From the NCBI RefSeq assembly GCF_036321535.1, contig NC_087438.1, positions 7,876,001-7,940,000 on the forward strand: a stretch of DNA of 64,000 nt. Reading direction: 5' to 3'. Below, one piece after another: positions 50,788 through 61,122 of the stretch. The stretch's first letter is position 1, and every line of letters starts with the position of its first letter. The notes under the pieces are model-generated. The model was not told the DNA's origin, ran no database searches, and saw nothing but the letters and a program-made list of their open reading frames with translations. The stretch comes from Camelus dromedarius (taxonomy: Eukaryota). A program made the position numbers and the translations under genes.

Positions 50788-53700
50788 CAAACGTTACTTT
50801 CTTCAGTAAGTCTTTCCTGATCTCCTCGACTGAGAATTCTCTTTGCTCTTCGAGGCTCTTCTGGCACCTTTTCAGTGCTTACTTTGTCCATGTGGCCCCT
50901 CTCTCATACTTGACTGACAGCTCCTTGGGGACAGAGCTCAAAGCTCCATCATTTTCATATTTTATCTCATCCACTCTGCCTTGCACATAGTGTTGCTCAG
51001 ATATATATATATACAGGAGGAAACAGGAAAGAATGTGGACAGGAAAGCCAGCTGCTCAGGACACTTTCCTTACGTCTCTGGGATTACAGATCTCTATGAT
51101 CCAGGTCCCTGTGTTAAGAAATCACAGAGATTCTTCCTCTGGGTTTTCCCATGGGAGGGCACCGCGTGGACGGCACACAGCTGCTGTGATGGCAAATACA
51201 CCAGCAGTCACGATGGGCAGCCCACTGGAAGAGCGAGTCGCGAAGTTAAGATAGTTTGGCACATGCAAACCCAAACTGAAGCTTCTCCCTGCCCGGCTGA
51301 GTTCCATCCTCAAAGGGACGACCAGGAAGGAAGTTTGTTTTGAACATTTCATGGAGAATAACAAATAAAAACATCTGCTGGGAAGGAAAACAGGTGTTGG
51401 GCAGAGGACGTAGACATTCTCTAATTCTCTCGTCTCCTCCAGGATCCAGTGGGGATTTCCATGTTGTGTTCATTAACACTCGTTAATGTAATTTTTGTGA
51501 TAATTGTAGAGCAAATAGAGCAAACTCTCAAATATAATTAGGGAAAAGTGCTTCTAATTAACTTGTAACTCGTGGGTTGCAGAGTAGAGCCACAAATCAG
51601 TTATGCGTTGTCAGACCTAACAAGTAAAACACACTGTACATTTCCGTCAGGGCAAATAAACAAAGCAAGACAAAACGCCCCTGGCAACACTTTCCTTTGA
51701 ACCTTTACGATGTTCTGGCATGCTCTGAAACTCAATTGCTGGTAAGCACAGGTATGTCCCTCGTCATCAGCACCAATGATCATGGTGATGAAAAATGAAG
51801 ACAACCTCAGACATTCTGGGAACATCCAATATGCTACCTCGGCAGCGTGGGAGATGGATGTCACTCAAGCATTAAGCTCAGATGGCTGCACAGAGGTCCT
51901 GATGAAACCCCCAGATGTTTTGCAGGGAAGCAGAGGACGATGATAGTAACAAGTCTCCTCCCAGTTTACAGAGCCATCGATAGCAATGGCTTACCGCTGT
52001 CTGTAAGTTAGGGAACTGTTGTGGGCAATCTCGGCAACATTTGTTAAAAGTCGCTCCACTGTGTCTCTCTTACATAAGAAAGCACATTAGAGTAAGTGGT
52101 AACCTCAAACTCTTTCTAATTTGCAAAAAAAAAAAAAAGAAAAGAAAAGCTAAATGAGCCACATCTTTTCATAATTTAGTTACTATTAGCAACAAATTAT
52201 TCTGGCATCTCTCAAAACACATCCAGGCCTCTTAAACCACAGTGGGGACTGGTGGCCTGCAGAGATTAGCAAGCGATGTTGCTGAAACACACAGGGTCAT
52301 GAGAACTGCCATAGGGTCTTGTTAAAAATGTGGAGTCCTAGGCTGTTACCAAAGAGATTTGGGGCCCAGAAATCTGTGTTTGACTGGGGGAATTGCAAAA
52401 TCACCGGGGTAAAGCAGACAGACTTTAGGAACAGAGGGCCAAGCACGGACCGTGGGTCAGCAGTGACACGGAGCAACTCCTTTAAATCCAGGCTCAGGGG
52501 ACTGCTGGACGTATTCAGGGGACCCAAAAGGATGACTGGTAAGTGGTGGGTGTTCAGGAATTTTTTTAAGACCTTTCTGGGATACAGGAATGCAGAGAAT
52601 ACCTTGATTCTCAGGTCAGGCATATTAGGGAGCAGTAAGAATTTAAAACAAGGAAATAATGTCATGTATCAGCTTTAGGTACATCCACTGTGTCCTTCTC
52701 TGTGGCATTTGTAGCAAAGAAAGGTTAAAGACTGATCTACCATCAACAAGTTTTATCTTATGATGACATAAGCTATCATGAACTCATTTAAAAACACTTT
52801 ATATCAGAATGGCTTGATGTAGAACACAGGTGCTGCCATCATGGTCATTAATAAGAGGAATGGTCCATCCTGGAAGGAGGTGGGATCTGAGGACCACGGG
52901 ACAGGGCTGTGTTCTCATCCTGGGATGCACCCTCCAGACTTCCATCTTAGTTAGCACACCATTATTTGGGGCATTTTATTCCTTTAAGCTGAGCTTCATT
53001 CCAGGTAATAAATTCCCATCACATTCTAATCTCAGCTGGCTTCATTTTTCATCACAGCCCCTGCTGCTCCCTCAAATTACAGGTTTATTATCCGTCTCGT
53101 CCACTGAAATGTAAGCTCTCAGGGGGCAGGTCTCTGAGATTTGAGCTCGAAGCATTCCACATTCCACAGCGGCTCTTTTGATGGATATTGAAATTACGCA
53201 AAGTCATGATGTAGTTCACTTCTTCACATGGAAATCAACTGAAATCCAAGGCCCCTCCCAGCTGTGCCCTTTCTTCCTCCCCTCCTCCATCTGGCTCCCT
53301 GGTACCCAGGCACCACCATCTGGGCCGTTAGGAAGAGCGCCATCCCCTAGGGATGGTCTACGGCTGGTCGGTACCTGGGTATTTACTCCTGTATCCCGAG
53401 CACTGAAACCTCACTGCCACACAGTAGACACTCAACAAGCATCTGTTTAATGAATGAACGAGTTAGATCCACAGCCTACAAAGCTGCATCCGTCTCTGGA
53501 AACCAAGAGTGGAGGTGGGCAGGGGGTTAATGCTGTAAATTTCCTAATTTGATTAGACTCCACCTGTTTGGAGAGGAAATTAGACATCAGAGCCAGTGCT
53601 GAGGGTTGTAAGTTTTCCCCCTTTGCGTTTGGACATAACTGGGGTAATGCTATAGAGATAACCCTAAAAATGGTTCAGATGACGGGAGATAAGAACAGAA

Positions 53701-54254
53701 TGTGTGTGACACAAAGGTGGTTAGGAGATGAGCTGGGGTCAAGAGGCAGACCGAGCGCACACTCATCTCTTCTTCCCCTCGGGGACCCATTAGCACTAAT
53801 AGCAATCGGTGGGCAGGGAGTGATCCTTGCCCGGGACTGCTGTTTCCTTCCTGTGAATGGAGCACAATTAATGCAACACAGGCCTCTCCCACCCCCTCAC
53901 TGGTCCCAATCCGGGGAGTGGGGAGCTTTCTCAAGTCATCAGTGGATCACGGATGGCTTGGCTCAGCTCTGCCCTTCCTCCTTTTGGGAATGAGTGGCCC
54001 CAGGGAATCCGGTTTGCCTGGTCTCCATGGGATGTGTCCTGGGGAGGCAGGGTTGGGTGGAGGTGGGGGGGAAGGCTGCCTCCATCTGCTGCCTGTGACT
54101 TGGTGGTACCCCTGCCTAATTCTGAGCTTCTGTGTCAACAAACCTGCTTGGCAAACAGACCTAGAGCCTGGCCACCAACTTGAGTGAAGAGTTGATGATA
54201 TGGCTTCCCTCTTAATTTTGTTCAGAACTTGGTTGATGATGAGAGGGGGCAATA

Positions 54255-54437
54255 GAGGCTTCTATGAACTACAACCCGGGGGCCAGCCACTTGCTTATAT
54301 ACATACTATTAAACTGAAACACAGCCACAACCACTGGTTTAGTATCGTCCTATTGTCCTATTGTCACAGAGACTCTGTGCCCTCAAGCTAAGGCAGTTAC
54401 CTTCTGGTCCCTTACAGAAAAAGTTTGCCATCTCCTG
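54255..54437 (+). mobile_element. MER58A-like MITE, degraded
   Basis: gaaacacagccaca..cacagagactctgtgccc..ttctggtcccttacagaaaaagtttgccatctcctg. Confidence 0.7.
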
Positions 54438-54784
54438 TTCTGGAATCTAGAGGAATGTCAGAAAAGCACGCTGCCACTAAAGCAATGCTTGCAGGTTTGG
54501 GAGCAAAGGCAAAGTAAAGGAAGGCAGGACTCAGTTCCAGCAAATAGCTATCCCTGCACACACAAGAAAGCAGAGTGTCCAAGTGAAGGAGCCCGTGCAG
54601 TAGGTGGAAGCTCCACTGAGCCTCCCCGCGAATGTGGGGGACGCGCAGAGGGAGACACATCACAGAAGCACGTCCCATCACAGCAGAAGAAGGCAATGAG
54701 AGGAAGATGTGGATCTCAGGGCCCAGAACACAAACGAGCAGAGATGGTGACTGGAGGATCACAGAGCAGAGGGGCTCCTGGGAG

Positions 54785-55281
54785 TGAAACAGGGAGGAAC
54801 AAATCCGACTCCAACTCCACGTTGGATCCATTTCTTTTACTTTCAACTCTGTATTCTATTGCTTTTGCTACAAGTTAACCACTAAAGAGATGCTGCCTAT
54901 AAGCTTCAATTATATATCATAGCCCATCTTCTAGGGACCCTGTCTCCCAGGTGATGAGCGTTAAGCTGAAACACCTTTGTTTAGCTCACAGGAAATACCC
55001 CTACCAGGCCCACCTATGAATGGCTGCGGGCAGAAAGACATTAATACTACCCCTCTGAAGGCTGATCAGAACCAGGAAATGTTTGACTTTACTCCCTCCC
55101 CTTTTAGTATAAAAGGAACAGGAATTCTAACTCAGGTGAGATGGTTCTTTGGGACACTAGTCCACCATCTTCTCTGTCTGCTGGCTTTCTGAATAAAGTT
55201 GCTATTCTTTGCTCTAACAGTTTGTCCCTTGATTTATTGGCCTGTTGTGCGGTGAGCAGTACGAGCTTGGACTGGGTCACA
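54785..55281 (+). mobile_element. ERV1 solo LTR, relatively well preserved (MER41-like artiodactyl type, family tentative)
   Basis: TG..CA ends, near-TSD ggag/gaag (4 bp), TATAAAA at 55108, AATAAA at 55192, end gagcagtacgagcttggactgggtcaca. Confidence 0.85.
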
Positions 55282-56415
55282 GAAGCATGAGTTTCAGCAA
55301 GAACAAGAGCAGCTTCAGTTTGGGAACCTGCAGAGGGCGATTCTGCAGCCTACACGGTGACAGGTGATTTTGTGACTCCATGGTACAAAGTGGAGGAACA
55401 GATGATGCAGCACAGGATGGAGGGACATCTGTAAACAGGGAGTGTGTCACGAGATAGCACACATCCTCTGTGCGGCACTGCGAAGCCAAGACACCTGACT
55501 CCCAAAGAGGAAATTAACAGAGGTTTTAAATATGGAGAAAAGGAAACAAGTCTCCTCTGAAAAGACCCAGAGTGGTGGGTGTGTGCTGCATCACCCCAGC
55601 TTAGCTGCATTGATGCCTCCCAGAATTCCCTTCGCTGCTCCGTTCCAGGTTGGGGATGTCCCTGGAGAAACCTGCAGGCAAGCTGGCAGGGCCAGGGAAG
55701 CAGCAGGCAGTGAGCTCCGAGGGCCGGGGGCACCGGACGCTGCTGCCACTTGTGTTGCTGGTGGGCTGCTCCACCTCCTGGGTCAGAGCCCCGCCAGTCC
55801 CCACCACGTCTCCTGTTTCAGCTTCCCAGAGTCCTGGGCCAGGCACATGTGGAGGGCTGTGGCACAGGGTGCCAGCTTCTGTGTGTCTCCCATGTGGCCA
55901 ATACGCAGCCAATGAGAGGGAGGAGAGGGTGCCAGTCTGTCCTCATGGGTGCCTGCTGGTCTCGCTGCCCCTCCTTCCTATCCAGGTTGTCTTCCTCATC
56001 TCTGCCTGGACCAGCGTCAACTTCAGGCCCCGCACCAGACAAAGAGGCAAAGCCTCCCTCAGATTTCCTCACCAGGTGCCCCTGGAGTGGATCAGGTTTC
56101 ATCCCAAACTTAAGTCCCTTTGTCCATATCACTCATACCACACATGCTTCTGTGATCAACCCACAAGCTACATGCCTGGGGACAGTGTCTCAATGTGGCA
56201 AGACAGCAGCAATGTTTACAATTCCACTCTCCCGAAGAGGAGACACTATGCCTGCCTGGACGCTTAATGCCTTAATTAACCTTGTGCTGGGACTTTTTTC
56301 TCCAGATTCAGCTTAAGTTCACCCACCGTGGACTCTGGAAGCCAGGCACCACCAGACTGGCCTCACCTGACTCACTAGCTCCAAGATCTCCATTTACTCT
56401 TCTTCCCTCCAATAC

Positions 56416-57016
56416 TGTGGTGGGCAGAATAACAGTTCTCAAAAAATGTCCATGTCCTAATCTCCAGAGCCTGTGGGTATGTTGTCTTGTATGGCAAAAA
56501 GGATGTTGAAGCTGTGATTAATTTAAGGATCTTGAGATGAGGAGATTCTCCTACAGAGCCACCTGGATTACCCAGGTGGGCCCCCATCTAATCACATGGG
56601 TCCTTAAGAGCAGAGGACCATTCCTGGCAGCAGTCATGGGAGATGTGACTTTGAAAGACTCATCCGAGATGTCATGTTGCTGGCTTTGAAAACAGTGGAA
56701 ATGGGTCACCAGTCAAGGAATGTGGGCAGCTTCTTTCTAGACAGGCATTTATTGGGGTATTAGGATGATTTAATTAAAATGTGCATGAATGCAATTTTTT
56801 TTTTTTAAAGCTAGAAAGGCTAGAAAAGGCAAGGTCTGTCTCCTAAGGTCTCCAGAAAGAAACACAGCCCTGATGGCATCTTGATTTTAGCCATTTTGGC
56901 CCAGTGAGCATTGTTTTGGACTTTTCACCTCCAGAACTGGAAGATACTAAATTTACATTGTTTCAGATGGCTAAATTTGTGGAAATTTTTCGTAGCAGCC
57001 GTAGGCAACCAGTACA
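56416..57016 (+). mobile_element. MaLR solo LTR (MLT1D-like) carrying a short foreign insertion
   Basis: tgtggtgggcagaataa..taaggatcttgagatg..ctggattacccaggtgggccc..caaggaatgtgggcagc [insert] ctagaa..aaaaggcaagg..cctccagaact..gtagcagccgtaggcaaccagtaca. Confidence 0.9.
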
Positions 57017-58654
57017 GACTTCACTGAGTGGCTGCTGCGGTCTTGGCTCGAGCTGGTCCTGGGGATGCACCTGTGTCTGGGACAACGGCTCTTGATGGCT
57101 TGGCCTCTTTTCTAAAGGTGATGGGGATGCACCAGGGGTCACACCTTTGAACAGTGAGATGAGTGGGAGCTGCCACTGAAACAGTGCATCTCCTGAGGCC
57201 CCCAGGAGTAGGTCACCAATTCCAGTGAGAGGCAGCCCTGGATGCTGAAGAGACCAGACCCCAGAGGACCCTTCTGGTAGAGATGATGCAGAGTAAAAAA
57301 GCTGGGGAGGATGGTTTTTATACGTTAGCTAACTTAAGAACTGTGGACTTTGAACTTCAACACACAATGGCAAGAGATATGGATTTTTAGCCTTTAATTC
57401 TTTTGAACTTTAATGTCTTTGGACTTCAACATGGAAGTGGATTTAAACTTTGATTTTTAATTTCTCCTTGGGAATTTGGTATTTGGTGGGGATTACATTA
57501 AAATTCGAAGCATCCCTACATCACTGGCATTTCATTACTGGAATGTCTCTGTTCTTTTTTTATCTTCACAATGCTGTTGAATATTCTTGCAGAACCTCTG
57601 AAATGCTATGTTGGATAACATGGCTGGACATTATTTGGGATAACATATAAGCCTTGGATTTAATTTTGAATCTTGGGAAGACAGTGAGCCTGGATTTGAT
57701 TTAAATCATGTGCTGTTCTGACCCATTTCAGTACCTCTTGGTGTGATACATAAAATGCCCACCAGGAGTCCCGGTGATCACCGAAAAGCTCCATGAAGAC
57801 GGAGAAAAGGCTACCTTGACAAAATGCTTGGCCCCTGCTTTGGAGAGACAAGCCACGCCTCTGGGTGATCATACAAATAAAATAAGAGGTAAAAAAACAG
57901 GCTGGAGGACGTTAGTGGGGAAAATGTTTTCCCTCTGTTCTAATGTCTCCTTCCATAAAGGTGTTTATGCCCAGAATTGATTAATGTTATGCACTCCCTG
58001 CCTCCCCCAACCCAGAGTTCTTTTGAAATCGTAAGCTCATTGGCCAGCAAAGTAATGCCTCCAACCTGGCTTCTATTGGCAATAGAGATAATATTTAGTA
58101 ATATTTACACTTTGTCTTATCTACCAAACTATTCAAAACTTCGGTAGATACAGGGAGGACGTTATTTATTAGGGACATAACGGAGAAAAGAAGAGAACGG
58201 AAGGCGTAACTCAGCAGGGGAGAAATTTCATCACGTTTCTTTGAGATACAGATAGAGGTGAGCTGGCTGGGGCCTTAGAAGGGGAAGGCAGGATAGCACA
58301 GAGGAGACCCCGTCCTGATGACCCAATGAGGTGGCTGACGGCCCTGGGGGAATCCTAGACCCCTCTCTCCTGGCCAGAAAAATAAATAAGACAAACAAAC
58401 AACTCAGAAGAATATTCTCCTAAGAGATTGGTTGCATCGGGGGAGAGCTAAAAAGCTAATGTGGATATCTGAGCCTCAGAGAAAAGCCCCCTTCATCAAG
58501 AAACTTAAAGGACACCCCCATCACAACAGCTCACTCCTACCTGCTCACCTAAAGTCAAGCTCACAGTTATCAAGTTTCACTAACGTACACAGAGCTCAGA
58601 TTAACTCTGCACTCCTTTCATCTTAAAAATGAGCAGAGAATTTAGGACCACATT

Positions 58655-58922
58655 TAAAATAACTTATGGTTACCAAAGGGAAAAGGGGATGGGAAGGGAT
58701 AAATCAGGAGTTCAAGATTTGCAGATACTAACTAATATACATAAAATAGATAAACAAGTTTCTACTGTCTAACACAGGAACTATATTCAATATCTTGTAG
58801 TAACCTCTAATGAAAAAGAATACAAAAAGGAATATATGTATGTATGTGGATGACTGAAGCATTATGCTGTACACCAGGAATTGACACAACATTGTAAACT
58901 GACTATAGTTCAACTTAAAAAA
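58655..58922 (+). mobile_element. 5'-truncated L1 3' end
   Basis: aacttatggttaccaaaggg..gggataaatcaggagtt..atgctgtacaccaggaattgacacaacattgtaaactgactata. Confidence 0.9.
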
Positions 58923-58939
58923 GCTTATTTGGCAAAATC

Positions 58940-60490
58940 AATGAGAAAGGCTCCTATAAAAACAAACAAAAAAACCGAAACCACAGCAAAGTGAGATGAT
59001 TCATGGTAAAGAGACAAAAAAGCCTCAGTTCTAAATAATATCCTTCGAGAAATTCAAGAATAGTTTACATTCATAAAACTAGACTAGAAATTATTAAAAA
59101 CCACAAAAGACAGTTTGTAGAACTCAGATACTGCTACTACTACCTCCCTAGATCCCTGCAAAAAGCAAAAACAAAAACAAAACCCCTCATAGACAGGCTG
59201 AGGGAAACGCTGGATATTAGAGAAATTGCTTAGCACGTATGACAAAAAGGCAAAGGGCTTCAGATTATACAAGAAAATACAAGAGGGAGGAAAAATCAAA
59301 CTAATCTGACCAATAATAACTCCAGAAAGAGAAGAAAAGAAATGAACAAATTAAAAAAGATAACAAGATAATTTTCAGGCACTGAAGGTCATGACTCAAT
59401 TAAAGGTGACCAATACCAATAAAATTTTTAAAAGGCATCACCTAGGTACATCATCACAGACTTTTATAGTATCAAGGATAAAACTAAATTCCAGAAAATA
59501 ATTCCTGAGAAAAATAACTTTCTACCCATCCATATCTAGTAAATAACAATCATGTATAAGGATTCAGCAGTGACATTTTCAGAAGTTCAGCACCATTTTT
59601 TAGGAACTTATTAGAGAGGAAACCAAAGAAGAGGAGGTCATGGGATCTAGGAGACAGAGCTTCCAACCCAGGAAAGCTATGCAGCAGGTCTAGAGGGCAA
59701 TCATTTAAATCTGCCCCAAGGATAGAAGATTCAGGTGCTGAGATCTTTGGAAAACCAAGGAATTAATGCTTATTGAAATAATGGACAGTTGAGTTCGCGG
59801 GCATCATAGCTGATGGAGGATCCATCCAGATATGATGCTAGAAATGTACTCTGTTGACAGGCATCGTCACTCGGACCCACAGGGAACAGGTACCACATGG
59901 GTCAGCTTTTCCATCATAAGGCAAAGGCTGATCTCCGGCTTTCAGGTTTTTAAATCAGGCTACAGAAAACTCTGGAAGACTGACTACGGTTATGGAAGAA
60001 AGTGCAATTATATTCAACCCTGGCCATTAAAGTCAAGTATGATGCCGGCGGTTGTGAAGGAGAAAGGTGAAGACACAGCACTGATATCCTCATCTTAACA
60101 AAACGGATGATAAGAGAGAGGCTCTGTGTTCGACGGAAGAAATGGAAGTGTAACTGAAGTTACCGAGTGAATCTGCAGAGGAACCGAGGGTAACGACCCC
60201 TCCACTTTGGAAAGAAGAAGGCATGAGTGGTGAAAATGCAAAAAATCCTCTTCCATCACGATGGAAAGTTAGTACAACAAGCCTGTAATAATTGGTTTAG
60301 ATGGGGAGACAAGCATGTGGTTTAAAGACGTGGCGTAATCACGAGCAAACTGAAGCACAAAGCAAAACAAAGCAAAAATGAAGGCTGAATGTCTCCGAGG
60401 GAACTGGCGGCGGGCAGATGAGGCAGGGGACTGTTGTTTCCATTATAAGCATTTTTATCCTATTTTATTTTTTGACCATAGCTATTACTT
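58940..60490 (+). mobile_element. Ancient HAL1/L1M-like remnant
   Basis: Degenerate ORF1-like segments (ctccagaaagagaa..aattttcaggcactgaagg..cacctaggtacatcatc) and HAL1-like catgggatctaggagacag..gctatgcagcaggtctagagggcaa. Confidence 0.55.
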
Positions 60491-60729
60491 CGATTAAAAG
60501 AAGACGAAGCACTTGATTACCATCCTCGCCACGTCCAATCCTTCACGAGAAGTTGTTTTAAGAAGACGCATTAAGAAATCAGGCCAACAGGGTCTTACTT
60601 ATTTTAAACGCGGCAACATGATTAATTAAGCCCTCACGGTTCTGCATGTATTGGCATTTCTTTACTTTCCTGACCAAAAAGATATCTGCTCACATCTGAG
60701 AGTAGGCGAAGGGCAGCCGGATGCAGGTC

Positions 60730-61122
60730 TGTATCAGCTTCCTGGGATTGTGGTGACAACGTCCCATGGTCCGAGTGGCTTCAGTAACAGAAACTCATTG
60801 ACGCGTGGTTCTGGAGGCTAGAAGCCCGTGGGCTGGTTCCTTTTGAGGCTGTGAGGAAGACTCCGTTCCATGCCTTTCTCCTGGTGGTCTGCTGGCCATC
60901 TTTGGTGTCCTTGGCTTGCAGCATTACCTCTACTTCCGCCTTCATCTTCTCATGGCATTCCCCTGGATGTGTCTCAGTCTAAATTTCTTTTTTCCATAAA
61001 GACATCAGCTCTATCAGTTATGGGCCCCATCCTATCTTAGTGCCCTAACTTAACTAATTACATCTGAGTCACATTTTGAGGGTCTATCGGTTAGGACCTC
61101 AACATATAAATTTTGGGGTCAC
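60730..61122 (-). mobile_element. MaLR solo LTR (MLT1B/C-like)
   Basis: tgtatcagcttcctggg..ttctggaggctagaag..ccatgcctttctcctgg..gccttcatcttctcatggc..aactaattacatctg..ggttaggacctcaacatataaatttt. Confidence 0.88.

Noticed and set aside
55350..56316. Cluster of overlapping 100-205 aa ORFs
   Set aside because: GC-rich intron sequence with no recognisable domain or splice-bounded exon; several frames open at once suggests composition, not coding.
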